Source: Acanthaster planci
Lineage: Eukaryota
Reading direction: 5' to 3'
DNA length: 64,000 nucleotides
NCBI RefSeq assembly: GCF_001949145.1
Contig: NW_019091357.1
Location: 438,671-502,670, forward strand
Shown piece by piece: positions 34,743 to 49,600 of the stretch (position 1 is the stretch's first letter; every line of letters begins with the position of its first letter). The position numbers and the translations under genes were made by a program. Below the pieces are notes generated by a model. The model ran no database searches. It saw only the letters and a list, made by a program, of their open reading frames with translations, and was not told where the DNA came from.

Positions 34743-37700
34743 CTCAGTCCCCAAAACGAAGTGGTCCAGGTTTGTTCTCATTTGCAATCGACTTTATAAT
34801 TTCCTAGCCTCCCCCCCTCCAGGGGCCCAAACTTCTGCGTTTTCGTCAAAGTGCAAACATCGGCCCTTTCAATCTAGTGTGCCAGGTTTTTTATTTATCC
34901 TGCCTTCGGGGCACAATTCAGGACTTTTTAGAACCCCACTTGAGACGGCCAAAAAAATGAACTCCATGAAATGCACACCGGCTGTATGTGTAATGGCAGA
35001 TTCAAATTCTCTTTAGAAACACTCAGGGAGATTAACACGTCAACATTCCTGACACTGATAATAATCCCGTGCGTGTAAATTTATATGAAAGCAAAATATT
35101 GTTAAGCTATTTTGTTTGTTATCTCGCCTCTCCGCGATCCGTGTGAGGAAATTCTTTCATAAACTGGCCTTCAGAGGAATTAGACCAGCTCAGACTCATG
35201 TATTCCAATGCTGCTTTCAAGCATAAAACTATACACTCTGCGGTTTAGGACGAACGGTAGCAAACAACTACGTGCGTACCTTGGGGGCCATGGGAGGGCA
35301 CTAATGGCGTCATGACTGGAACCTATCACCCAGCCGCTTGGCTCCACTGTCATGATAACAGTCGCCTCTGTCAATACTTAGATAGTCTTCGCAAATATAT
35401 GAGGTTTTACTACTATCAACGGCCTACTGGAAATCGCTTTGAACACAATAATCGTTTTCTTCATATTACCTGCTAAATATTTTCAAACAGCTTACGAAGA
35501 AATCACTGAACGATGATGGAGAAGCATTCTTTATAATAGTCTTCCTTTACTTATTATTCATAAATGAACTATAACTGACTGAACCCAGACCTGACTAGCA
35601 AGAGGCCATACCTGACTACGTGTCTGGAGTGAGCAGATTGCTTTGAAAAAAGACCAAAAATAGGCACAGTTCTGGTCAGGATTATTGGAGGGAAAATTCA
35701 CAGAATACAACCGAAAGTTTAATGATCAACAGCTGTACTTCTTAAAATAGGATACAAATAATTCAAAAGCAATCGATTGTCAATTCTACAACTGGAACAA
35801 ATAACAGAGAGAAAAGTTGCAAAACACCAACACACCGCCTCATCTCCCCCACTTACCCGTTACTCTCTCTCTCCAGCTCTTATCTAGCTCTCTGCTCAGT
35901 ATGGTGCACTATCCCGCAGCCAAATATGAACTAGTTCTTACCACACCTTAATGCTTCCTCCGATCTCTCTTTGAAAACACAGCGCTTCCTTCATCACAAT
36001 ATGCAATCAAACGAAACATGCAGCCCTCTCTCCCTGACTCACTACGATGCCAGCTGATTTACGAACTTTAAGCATACAGGCGGCAATGAATATTCCATCA
36101 GCCGATAACACGCCAAAGGACAGGACTGTCACATCCCAGCGCAAAGCCTGCACAATATCAAGGTAATCCAAATGTCTTATCAGCACTGTCATACACTGTT
36201 ACAACAAAAGCAAATACTTGTTTTCAGAATTTTTCAGAAGCCTGTGTATTTTATCATATAAAGAGGCTTGCTTGAAGCAAATAGGCCTACAACTGAAAGA
36301 TAATCAGTAAGTTTGACAATAAGCAAGACATCCTCCAGTTTTGGACAACAAAGACAAACAAAGGGAGATCCACAGGTCAGGAAAGCTGGAGAATATAGTA
36401 GAACCAGTCGGTTTTTCTTTTATAATGGCCATGAACACAATTTACCAAGTCAATAGGTGTGACCTCTAAAGAAAATTCCGGATTATTCCAAGGACACTCC
36501 GCCGACATCAGATGAAGACCACTCTAAGCATTACATCTTAGTTTTATTATCTCCGTTTGTTTGTGTCCTTGCGTCTCCTGATCTCAGTTTTTGGCTTTTG
36601 CACTGAATTAAATAAATAATCTTGGCTACTGTGTGACGGACTATTAACATCAATGTCAACATTTTAAACATCGATTTTATACTTATAAATATGTTCTTAT
36701 CCATCAATAACCGCGGCTCTATTACGACACTTGTTATGTTTTTCATAAGATGAATGCAATGCAGTTCTAGGCAAAGAAAAAGGGTGTTTATACCTTTTCA
36801 CAAGTCTTTTCCTCAAGTCCAATTAGGATGAGCAATGATACAACATTGGTTTGCTTCTCCAGAATAGCTTGAAACTTGAAAATGAGTGACTTGTGGTGGA
36901 TTTGTGTGATGTACGAGGATCAAGAAGGAATTGACTCTATCACCAGAAGGTATTCTTATCGACTATGGACATGTATTGAGACAACTCTTCGGAATATTAC
37001 TGATGACAACGTACCGTAGCAAGGTAGTACCTCGCTGCGGTGAGACAGAAATTTGATTTTAAAATATGATTGTGGTCCTTCAATGTTCCCGTAGAATTTA
37101 GTACATATGATGTTTAATATCATATGATGTTTTATAACTCTCGGAAAATGAAAACCGGATGACAAATGAAGTAATTCACCAATGAGAAAAATCTCCTGTT
37201 TATGGCCGCCAAAACCCATACAGGGTTTTACTAGGTCCGTCTATGTCTCTTCAATGAACATGTTGCAATTTTCAAACATACAATGTGCCATGAATTTACA
37301 GATGCATGACCAGCCGCTTTTAAAAACTACAAATATGCACTTGTTGGTATCTTGCACAAGAGTGAAATCAAATGGCTTACCTTGTGTCAACTCAGCTCAG
37401 TACTGTTTGAAATCCAGAGCGGCATCGATGATTGTGTGATCAAATACCTTCCCTCGCTCAGTTGAAACAATCCGTACGTAAGCTGTGACAAGTGTGACGC
37501 TGATTCAGTACATACATGTGCAACGACCGTATAAATGGTCTCCCATATGTCATGTCAGCACGGACAATCTGCTTGCCAATCAAACAACAACCGAAGGTTA
37601 CATCAATTTCTTCGTGAGGTTATTTACGAGCGCGTGAGTTATTACCAGTAATTATATTATCCTCCAATGTGGGGACTGCAGTATACGGGAGCTACGGATA

Positions 37701-40700
37701 GCATTGTGTATCAAGGTTAGAAGGGATGGGTCCCCAAGCAGGTGGTCAATTGCCGACGGTTTTCCTTGATGTGTGACTCTCGAATTTACCAGCTGAGAAA
37801 CAGTTACAAGTTATGCACAACCACAACGGGGAGTAAATTAAACCCTCGGGATAATGGTTGAGCCGGGTAGCACTCAGTGAAAAGAAGATCTGAAAAGCAG
37901 GATTTCTGCTCCGTGGAGCAATCGAACTGAGGTAATGTTCGCCTTTTCGACAACAGTCTTCGATCTCGAAATTTTCACTGAAGTTGACTGTCTCATAATT
38001 CTTCCACCACGAAAATTTATTACATTCCGGTTGAAATATGAAAAAATTATAAATCCCACAAGTGAGACAGATTAGTCCCTTGCTACATATCGTAACAGTG
38101 CCCTCATTCGATCAAAGTACCTCCGAATTTGTCAACGAGAAGTGTCAGTTAGCGCCCTCACTTGTTAGAAATATCACGCGGTGTGGCCTACGAAGAAAAC
38201 ATATTAAATATGCATAACGCAAAAAGATGACTCCTTAAAATTCATGAAGAAAATACGGGAGGATGAGAAAGAGATAAAGACACGATAACGGTCCGAGGAA
38301 GAAGAGCCAATTTGGAAATCCAAGGCAAACAGATCTCATTGAAGCTTATTCAGTGTTGGTAATTTGTGCAATGCGATGGTGTCATGCAATTTGAGGTTCT
38401 ATGTCCCACTACCATTTAAAAATGTGGCTCAAACCATTCAAATATAATAAATAACAAATTTACATTTTACATTAACCTAAGTTGACATTAAGCTTTAAGT
38501 TAAATAGTTTCTTCAGCTAAGTCGCTCAAAAAAAATTGTACCCTGTCGGAATGGAAAGTATGCCACTGTGGCCATGGGATGTCACATAGACATACGCACG
38601 TCTGGGCGACGTGACCATCAACACCTGCTCTTCATACCGATGTTAAGGGCACCAGAGAGAGCAGGAAACCCGTAGCAAACATCAAGATGGTGCCCATGGC
38701 AACTGTATTAGTTACAATTTCCATGGAAATTACATAAAAAAAACGGGGGATTATATTTCGTAATTTAGTGTGACAAACGGATAAAGGCGACCAAAATATT
38801 ACTTTCTTAACTTTAAATAATTCGTAAAAAGGGGAAATACTTTTCATAATAGTGATAATACCTCGACAAATAAGATAATCATCAAATAACGATATACTCT
38901 CACTCCAAATACAAATCTTCGTCCATTTTCTTCAAAGGACAACCGACTACGAATAATAATAATCCGGGACAGGATTAAATTTCATTCGTCATAATTCACA
39001 GTCCGTATTGTAGCTTTGAAATAAATCCTTGTCAGAGGTACGAGATCAAGAGCCGACTTTCCTCAGACGTCTGCCTGCAATTTCCCCGGGCAGTCTTCTC
39101 AGGTACGCGTGCTGGCATTGTCTTTCTCCATGGCCCCTGTCAAAAAGCATGAGGTATAGTGTGCCCGAGGGAGTTCAATGGCTCTTCAAGAACAGATCAA
39201 AATCAACCTGCATCCAGCCAGCTCGAACCCAGAACACCGCGTGCACTTTAGCTAGGCCAGGGCCGATCGAGGACGCGTCAGCGCACAAAACAGCCCGTCA
39301 ATGGAAGTGGGACGCGTGCACAGTGTGTCCAAGGCGTGAGTTCTGTGTGCTGTCGTAGACAGACAAAACGTACGGTTAGCTCGTAAGGAAAGCTAGGGTG
39401 CGTAGATAGAAAATCAGGGACGTGAGATCGACGTGTTCAACAGAACAGATTGCGGCGAGAGACAGCGTTCCCGAGCAGAGCTCACGTATAATGAACCGTC
39501 AGTAACTTCGTTTCCCGCCAAATATTAACGGCATTTGTCACCTTGGAGTGTTGTTTTTCTGTCCCTGCTGACAAGTCACATCGTCGGTCGTGAGGAAGGT
39601 AGAGTGGCCAGAACCCCAGAACATTGCTGATAAACATCATCGTAAATTTTGCAACCATCTGGGGGAAAACCTTGCCGCCTAAATGGTAAGCAAATTCGAC
39701 ATTTTGTTTCAATCATGGTTTCAAGCGAGGTTTCGTCCTAAATGATGTGTATGCAACTGAAATCGGTGAAGGATGTTTAGACAGTTTCCAGAATCACACT
39801 ATGCGGTGCGAAGATGAAAAAAAAGAAAAATGTGTACTTTTATTATTCTTCTAAAAATAAGTTTGAAGTAGTAAACGTCAGACGGGTAAATTTGACATTG
39901 GTGTTGGATAATTTGAATTTCCTCTTCATAACCGCGATTGAAGTGCTTATGCTTTAATACATCTGTATCATCCGTGGGCGTTCTAAGCCGTTAGATTCTT
40001 TCTTAAAATAGGATGTGTCCTAATGATGAATACATATCACGAAAGGTGATTAGATAGATTCATTAATGAACATAATAAACGAAGCAAATACCCACGCCCT
40101 CTTTATAAAGATTGTGTTAAGAATGCCAGAACCTCGTGCATTAGGGTAGGTCCTATGTACGTAAGATTTTTGGTAGAATTGGAAATACAATGGCGGTTTA
40201 AGAAAGAATGGATATTACTCTAAGTTACTCGAATAAGTAATCCAAGGGTGGCTCCTTATTATTTGATTTCATTATTTTGGATTGCGATTAAGTGTAATTT
40301 CTTGGCCTTGATTCAAGTCAATTAGGGTTTCCTATGTTTAGTTTTGATTTTTTTAATGAACAGCGCTTTGCGGTTGTATTTAACGTTAACGGCACATTAC
40401 ATGATATAAATGTAATGGGTGTCTATAGCAAACCTTTTGTGTATGTTAGGCTTTGAGGCACTGTTACTATGTTGCCAGTCAGGCTGGGATATTTTCTTAA
40501 TCTTTATAACTACAGACATAATCTGGTCTTTGAATTGCTGGAGTCAGATGTAAAGCTCAGTCGTTTCAACGTATGCATGCGGACAATGCCAGAATTAACA
40601 AAACGGTTTGAAGTGGGCAAAGCGCGTGACATGCATGCTTGGAAATCGAGAGATCGCAGCAAGTTTGTCGGGAAAAGTTAGCAAAGTGCCTGCTTTATAA

Positions 40701-43700
40701 ATTGAGTGTTACCGAAATATAATTCTGTCGACGATTTGTGATATCCTATGTCTTCTTGATCTTGGGAAATGTTAACTTCTCTTCTGCTAATTACTCATTG
40801 ATGTCATGTGATTTCTTTGTCTTTTGCGCGCTATGTAACCGTCTTATTTTCCTGGAGATCCAGAAAAAGCTGAATTGTATCACAAACTTGAATCATGCGT
40901 GGTATCCAGACTGATTAGCCCTAGCATAAGAGATTAAACTACATTTATAAAGGCAAAATTACGGAGCTTACAATTGTCAGAATCTAGAAATACAAATATG
41001 CGAATGAAATATGCATCGATGGTGATTTCATTGTAAGGAAAATATGGATCAGAAATGTGCACGCTGTAGACCACTTTCTTATCTGTAGAGATTTGAATGG
41101 GTTTCTGGCAATTGTAAAAATATGCGTCTGTCGCTGGCTTTAAAGGAATGTAAGCCTAATACAACAAAAACATTCAGCTTATAATCGGTTTACACTTTTT
41201 AACAGCTGAATTACGAAGGACAAATGAGTGCCTCCGCATAAATCGTGTCAAACGGATTGAGAAACCGAATACCTATCATTATGTCCAACAACAGAATTAT
41301 CCGTTTGGAACCTCGCCTGTGTCATGTCGTCGCGTATCCATTTGACGGAATCGATACTGACTTGGAACGGACTGTCTGCTGAACCGAGAAAGTATCGATT
41401 CCTTAAAACGATGATTAAGTGTGCAAACGGAGCTCTAGGTACAATGCGCCAGCGCTCCCGCCCCGTCGGGGCGTAATCGTATAACTCAGAACAGATGGAT
41501 CCTTCTGTAAACAACGCGTGGGATGCAACCAGTAACGACTGAGGCCGATCGATACTTCAGCTATATTCAGGACACTCTACTTTCCTTCGGGTTGTCTTGA
41601 ATGGACTAAAGTAAAGGCTTCAAGCGGTCAGCTCTGATCTGACGCACTGCCTATGTCCGCCTTAATGCATTTTAAGTCACCTGAAAGCGGCGTGGACCCG
41701 CTCATCAAGAATACTATCCATCTCAGTTTAAAGTATTCATCTCTACAGCAGTCCTGCTTACGCTCGATGTCACCTGTCATTCATATAATAAGGGTACACA
41801 ATATTTCCGATAATAACCTTTTAAATAACAACCCTTTTAGCAGGCTCAAAGGTTCCAAACTGTACTACTGCAATATTGCCTTAACATTCAACTCGCCGCT
41901 GGAATCTCTCTCTCATATGTCCATTTAAATACACCGCTCTTTCTGCTCAGAGCCCATCCATGCCATAAAAATGACCAAGTCACTTGCCTCTCTCCATAAA
42001 GTGGATTTAAGTTAGATCAAATCTCGAAGATAACCTAATGCCTTGGGGAAAAGACATGTCAAGAAATTGAATATTCTTTCACTCAATACGTCTCGACTTT
42101 TATGTTCGCATTAATCCAGCAGACGAGGATGGAGTAATCCCTGACGGTGATGGTCCGGCTCGCAAAGAAGACGCATCTATTTGCATTGTTTTGAGCTGTG
42201 ATATATATATCCATCCTGCCCACACGTTGGCAATAAATTCTGCCGAACCGCTTTTATACCGAGTGATGAATCAGTTCTGTCGAGCCTTTCCCGTCATGGT
42301 TCCCTACCCTCCACGTATGTTTCCCTTCCCATGGGTTCAGGCTGTCGCCAGTTTTAATGGATTTCAAATATAAGCGAGGAGTTGATATTTGGAGAGTCTG
42401 GAAATGAATGCAAAAAGGATGACAGGATTTCACCATCTCAATGTAAAAGGAAGCAACGCAAATCGCATTTATTAATTCTTTATCAATATACCCTTTTCCT
42501 TACCTCATATCAGAGCTGCGGTTATGAAGTAATTATATAATAAAGATTGCAAATGAATTTAAGCTTTCGCGTAGTAAATATTGGATAGATTGATATTCCG
42601 CACAGAAGTTCAGAATAAGTATGGAGCTGTCTCATTCCAGGGAATGAAACATGTCTGATTTAAACACGTACTGCTTATCCTTCACACCAAAGCAATTAAT
42701 AATTGAAATGTCTTGAGACGGTAATAGGCGACTGAGGTGCGGCCTTTCATGGCAAAAATAACGCCACATGATTTTTCATTCCTGGAGTGATCACTCCTTG
42801 ATGAATATGGAAGGTAGAAACACATGCTTTCGCTGATTGGAGGGTTAAAAGGTTGAAGTCGTCAGGGATGTCATAACTGTAATGAGGTGACTGTTAGTCT
42901 GTGTACGCAGTCGCGGCTGAAAAAAAGGTTCGCCTCGTTCAGTGCAGGGCGAAGCCCAAATATTATAGGTTTTGCAACGACTACAAACAAAATATTTCCC
43001 CGCAAAACGGGCGTGCAACATTGTCAACCTGGCATTCTAAAACGAAAATCACGAAAACATATCAAATAACTGAAGGGACTAAGGCTCCTCAACACTGAGT
43101 CAATTTCTTTGTATCGCGGAAAGGTTGACATATATAACATCTCAACTTAAAGCTCTCAAAAAGCCTGAAGCGTGAGGCTTTTGTGAAAAATAATTTTCCA
43201 CACATCAATCACAAATAAATCGAACGCTTTCAACTCAAGGATAATGTTTACAACCACCGTAAACGAACTCAGAATCGAATTATTTTTAGGGATTGGCACT
43301 CGCATATAATCTGAAATGAGGTACACGTGCAGTAAATCATGTTGGTAAACTAAATACCTGTATTTCTTACCAATCATTTCAAGTTAAAGATCAAGTTAGT
43401 TTCGTGCTTTTACATGACGTTCTTTGTTTGGGTTCTGCAAGGAGCAAAAGGTAATTTTGATTGCATTCTATTATTTTTCAACGACAGAGGTGGCCTACTG
43501 TGTTGTGAAGTAAGATACAAAAGAACGTTGCAATACCCGATAACTTGGTAGAAACCTTTTGCTGACGTCAGTTTGGCAATATATTGAGCTAACTATTGCC
43601 ATTAATATGCGTGAAGATTGATATTGATTGCTTACTGATGTACAGCATCCTCAAACACAAGAAGACGACAATTTCTCTGAAATTACCTAAATCTAACGCA

Positions 43701-44679
43701 AGATTGAATAAGACTAGATTCAAAACATAAGTCTTCAAAGGAAGTATTAGGAAGGGAAAAATTGCAAACACCTGTCTACTCGTCAGGTGATTTCCTACGG
43801 AAGTTGCATAATGAAGTGGGCTATTGGAGGTCTAAGATCAAAGTTCTATCACTTCAACGTTCCTTGAGTTCTACGTCGGGAGTTTCAGCAGGTGAAGTCA
43901 AAACGGTAATACCTTCAGACTGAAGGTTTCAAAAGACATTTTCTCTTTAAAACTGTAGATTAATGCTGATGCAGGTATGTCCGGTGTTATGTATTCATAG
44001 ACACTACCTCCCTGGGAGAAACTCAATCCCCCCCCCCAAATGACGATATTAATTCTCTGCCTGTTATTTATTCAAGAACATTCCACACAAATGCACGCTG
44101 ATAAATGCTCATGCAGTCTCCGTATTAAACAATTCACACGACGCAGCCGCGGCGCTCAAAACACGACAAATTAAATTCGGCAGGCGCATCGGTTGCTGAG
44201 ATAAAAAACCTGCGTTCTGTCTCATCAGTGCTTAAATTCTTAAATTACCCTGGGCGGGGTAGATCTTTGAAGGCAGAATATAACTGAACTTTGCCAAATA
44301 AGGTATCAGGTTCTTAAGTAGGCTTACTTACAGAGCTTATCTCGCACACCGGCAGGATAAGCATTGAGAAATACCGCAATCTCATAGCTACTTCTGAAGC
44401 TCGATTCTTTTCACGATTTCAGAAACAAATACAAAACACACAATAATGGTATAACTGTTTACTAGCACTTACCTGAAGTGAGCATGAGAAAAATTCTGCT
44501 CTAGCCTGACACTGAGGATGAATCCTTTTGTATTTCCGACAATTATGCACTGAAAAGTCACACTGAAACAAATTTTGAAGTCAACATTATCAAAACAATA
44601 TTTTCAGGTCCTCTTGCAGCTTCATACTAAAAATTTGATCAACAGATACACTGAACCCAGGACATTGACAAATATGTGA

Positions 44680-44809
44680 CCCATAAGTGCCACTTTTACT
44701 ACGTGATATTTATTTTGGAGGGTAGTACATGTTTCTTAATAAGAACGAACTGAGAAACATGCACCACTTTGTGAAATAATTATCACCTGGTAAAAGTGGC
44801 ACTAATGGG
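44680..44809. repeat. 130-bp fold-back (MITE-like hairpin)
   Basis: Left arm cccataagtgccacttttactacgtgatatttattt..catgtttct vs reverse complement of the right arm cccattagtgccacttttaccaggtgataattattt..catgtttct; short central loop. Confidence 0.8.
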
Positions 44810-46480
44810 GCTTCGTAGATAGACGCCAATGAAGGAAACACTTGAAATGGTTTAACCCCTTAGGTATATTTTCTTTTCCAACTGGGTCAAATATGAGAAT
44901 CGTGAGGTCTGGAGGAATCCATGACCTTTATTTTTGATCTTTTTTGAAGTGTTTACGACATCCCGGTATGAGTGACTCGTCGTAAGGCGCGTAATGTACG
45001 CAAGTGGGATATTTTGGAATGCGATTCTCATCAAGATCCGAGGACAAACCGTGGGATGTTTACATTGAACCAAAAGACGCATTCATTTCTACCTGCAGTA
45101 TGCGCCTTCCTTTCTCAACAAGACAGAATGGTTTTCATGAGGGAGATGGCTATCATTTTACACTCACACTGAAAGACAACAGTGACTGTCTTGCACTATC
45201 CACCAAACGCGGCTATCTGTGGCAGGTAATTGAGAAAGGCTTTTGGCAGCTACACCTCCTCGTTCTGTGATCGATTTATGGCGGGTAAAAATTTACTTTA
45301 AGTCACAGATATTGAAAACAACTATTTGAAGTCTGGTTGTGGAGATGTTGCCAGCTTTAGTAGTCAATAAACTGCAGAACAGAAATGGGTTTTGTAGTAA
45401 ACAAGAAACAAAAACAAATGTAAATGTGATTATGAAGACCAAACACACATTGCCCGAGAGTACAGACAAAGTAACAACCTTGGCAAACCATCGCCTGGTA
45501 GTTTTACTTAACTAAATCTACCAAACCAAAGTTACACACGATGTCTTGTTTCCCATCAAGTTGAAAGACGTCACCAAAGCACACGATCCCTTAATTAAAA
45601 AGACACTCAGGATTAACAGAGAGCGTCCCTTCCCACGAGTTCCTTAGTTCCAAAAGGCATGGGGAGAGGGATAAATGAGGCGCTCAGGTGTAATTTCCGC
45701 GCAACTAGGCCCCTTATATTCTACTCAATGCGGTATATCAATATCCGGCAAGCCAATATCTGGCCCATCTAATTTATGCAACTTGCAAGACACTGCTGCA
45801 CCCAGACTTGCGTATCATTTTCAGAAAACGTAATCCGCCAAACGACCAACATGACAACAACTCTCCTCCACATCCATCAGTATTAATAAGTGTTTGATTA
45901 CAATGTCCATTTTTGATACTGACCGAAGGTTTAAACTACTCCCACCAGGGAACGGCTTGACCCCACAGCTATTCTCCCTCTGACGTGTACTTTACAATTT
46001 TTCATGAGTTCTCAGTGAGTTGAATGTGGTAACATTTGACAGTTCAATATCAATATTTACAGTATCAGAACCATATGGGCTATACTAAGTCGACATTACA
46101 AAGCACCTCACATGCACTTTCGAAGGATAAAATTTTTTATCTTAATTAAGAAACAAATTACACAGAAAAAACCACTGTATTTTGAAATGTTTCCGTGAAA
46201 AACACCAATGAGTCTCTACGTTATCAAGCCTCATAGGTCTGCCCATTGGTCTTCCCTTGACAAAGCATCAGTGTACTGCAAATGAACAACTTTAAGTAAG
46301 AGGCAACCCATGCCAAATCTTACTACTTACCCCTTTCCAACGAGCCCACTCAGAACAAAATTAAACACAACATGGTACAGACGATATGGTTGGCTAAGCC
46401 CAGCACAAAGAATTACAGTAGGACAAGGAAAATGCCTTTTCCTGCTTTCAGATCTAAGTATTATTATTGGCTATTTCATT

Positions 46481-46657
46481 TGAATGAGCTACTTGTAGTT
46501 CGGTATTTCCAAAGGCCAAGGTCTTTTGGGAACAATGCGCGCGCACGAGTCAGTGTATGGCTGCGCTGATAAGACAGACTATCGCATACGCGCGTAGCTG
46601 TTACCGCATAGCCTCGTTCCGGGCATGCACTGTTGGAATACCGAATTCGCTCATTAA
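46481..46657. mobile_element. MITE family 2, full-length copy with TIRs
   Basis: Left aatgagc..ttcggtatttccaa pairs with right ttggaataccgaa..gctcatt. The left half is also present, inverted, at 28826-28905. Confidence 0.7.
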
Positions 46658-49600
46658 AAGTAGCCCAAAGACTGAAAGCATTCAAAACACCTAGATGTAG
46701 TTGATACCACTTAACATACAACTGATACTTCAAAATCATAATTTAAACAAGTGTATACGCTCTCACAGTAAACAAAAAAAAATATAACGTAAAAAAAGGA
46801 AAAACTGAAATAGGCCTATACCACATTGTTATGATTTAAGAAAACACAATGATAATGATTAAATACATAGGAAACAGAATGGAGAAAGAAGTCGTCAATT
46901 AGCGCATATATTTACAGGGGCTTAAAACATAAGAGACAGACTTTTTAAAAGTCAGGCCTGTGGTGTAAATAGTAGATATCTTATATCGCTCCGTATTGCC
47001 GGTACACCTGTCTATGATAAATAGGTGCAGTAGTGCGCCTGAGTTTTGTACTTTGCTTACTATTAATAAATTTGTATTGACTCAACCCACTTGCCAAAGT
47101 GAGACTGCTTGACAATGAGGATGTTTGGTAGCTATTTAGGTATCGCTAAACTCGTTACACTAAGACGTCAAGTGGTTTAAATAGCAAGTACAGCGTAAAC
47201 ATCAAATTTGCCTGAAGGCAATAACACATTGTTTATTCTATGAACAAAGATACAACGCGTGCTACGGAAGAGACGTTTTTCCTTTGTATAAACAGTGATC
47301 TGCTGTGAGGGTGGAGGTCTTGTGGATAAAAAATAGCAAGATTAGCATAAAAAGATGTAATTCATGTTCAATTAGATGCTGGGACAATTCTAAAGGTGAT
47401 GAGGTTCAGAATTCAAAGTTGTCTACAATTGTTAGTGAAATAGAACAAGAGTACGGTACGTCCAGCAAAGCAGTGAGGTGTCAGTTGTTGATACGTGATA
47501 TGGTAGAGAAGTTTGTGATATTCACAATGAAGATTTCATCGTCTCTTAAATAGGATTGACTTGCAAATGGCGTTTGGTGAGATCTCGTTTTATAGGAGAC
47601 GCTAATATAATTTTTTAGTATTTGACATTGATGAATTAAACATATATTTGGTAATGGCCCCAGGTATAAAGCAACTTAAATCGGTTATTACTTGCCTTTG
47701 AGGTAAACCTTGCCCATGTTTTCTGAGTAATGGCAAAGCTGGGTGGCTTACGAAGAGACTAAGAATGGTCCCCTCTCATCGGAAGGCAGCGCGTCACTCA
47801 AAACGATTTCTCACGCTAGAATGCGAATCGTTGTTTCTTAAGGGTGTTTGAGAAAAGAGACATCATACGGGGGGAAGTTAATGACGCATGTGACCTAGCT
47901 TTAGTAAGGAGAAAGGCTAGCTGCATGCTTACCAGGGGACATTTCCGGGATGCTGCTGCCCGGAATTTATCCAGCGGAGATGACAGCAGCAGCTTAACGC
48001 AAGTTCTTCGGCCTTGCTAAGCTGCGGAGCGGGTAAACGAGACTCCGAATGTCAAACCGGATTTCAGGATTTATCAATATTCATGACACATGTTGCCTAT
48101 GGGACGCAGCGGTCTTATCGTGTTGCTGGGCCATCAATTACTCCCGTACGTAGTGGCTTGGTAATCGCAGAGGAGGCGCAGCGGACATGCGTACGCGCGG
48201 CTTCCCTGGGGACGTTTTCTTGGCTGTCAGGCGCCCATGCAGAAAGGCAAGGGATCTGAGAGAAATGCCATATATATTTGTTCTTCAAAGTGCCGGAAAC
48301 GAGGATGTGACATTTACCTAGACCCCTTCGCTCTGAAGTTATTACTAGTCGATACAACGTTCAATTGTGTCGACTTGTCGACATTTTTGCCTAGTAAGTT
48401 ACCCCCAAAGTAGACCTTGTCATACAGACGTTCATTCTGTCGGTTCTGTCAAATCTTCAATACTACAATTTTAAATGATATTTGGAATTAGCAGAGGAGA
48501 CAAACCAACGGCGTGTTGGCAGTAAACAACAACGATCGGCAAATGCGAAAGGAGATCCCTCAGCCTGGGGCATGATTAAACCTCTTTACAGGACGCGTAA
48601 AAAACAGAAATCATTTGATACTGCTTTTTCCCACGGGGAGGGGGGGGGTACCGAGGACCATCACGCAAGTGTCTATTACACCTGTCATCCAGGGGATGTC
48701 CTGGGAGTAAGGTTGTCAGTGAATAACATCAATGCGTGTGCCCTGCGGGTGGTACCGATGAGTGCATACGTTCGTGGAGCTAAGTGAAGGCGAACCGTCA
48801 ACGTTAACAATTTGTAGATGATGACTTCGCTTAACTACTATCAAATCATCCCTACACAACCGATGATTGGTCTTTCCATACAAAATAATTACACGTGGAA
48901 TTTGAAAATGTCTATAAATGCTACTGTAAGAGCATCATGTTCACTTTTCTCTTCTGTATAATTTGGTTGTTGAAAGACTATCAAAGTTTGAATGTCGTGA
49001 TATAGATTTTGCTTCTTGTCCTTTGTTATTGGACACGACAAAGCTAGGGCCAATCAGAACTGACTAACAATATACTTCCACTTAAAGACAAGAAATTTGC
49101 ATACTTATGGCTTAACTTTTAGCAGCCATGGCCGCCCATCCCCAGTGACTCAATTATAAAGGGAGTGACTTTGCTGTAATTATACCGAAATTCACGATAA
49201 AGCGTAAAGACAGCGCTATTCAGTGACTACCATGAACAAGGAACAGCGCTGCTTTAAAAACATTTATCAACACTTGATCGTGTAAAGAAATTGGAAAGAA
49301 TCCCGAAGGACCATGATGTCATGGTTCCAGAATACAACGAAACTGAAGTACTGGTCACACCAAACGTGCATCGACAGTAAGTCCCCTTTTAAGTCATTCT
49401 GGATTGACTACAGGCATCCAAAAATCAAAATTCACCGCGTGGCTAATCCTGCTCTTGGAGGCAAATTTGAGAATGACTGACGACGTGTTATGGCTCCAAT
49501 AAACAAAATTGTCTCTGCTTGTCCATATTCAATTTCGATCCTGGGGTTTGGCCGCCAGCACGTCGATGGCTTGATGGACCATAATCGAAGCTGGGTAAGC

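Noticed and set aside
37381..37482. Selenoprotein exon (in-frame TGA after ...LDFKQY)
   Set aside because: No recognisable selenoprotein motif, no linked coding exons, and no SECIS identified.
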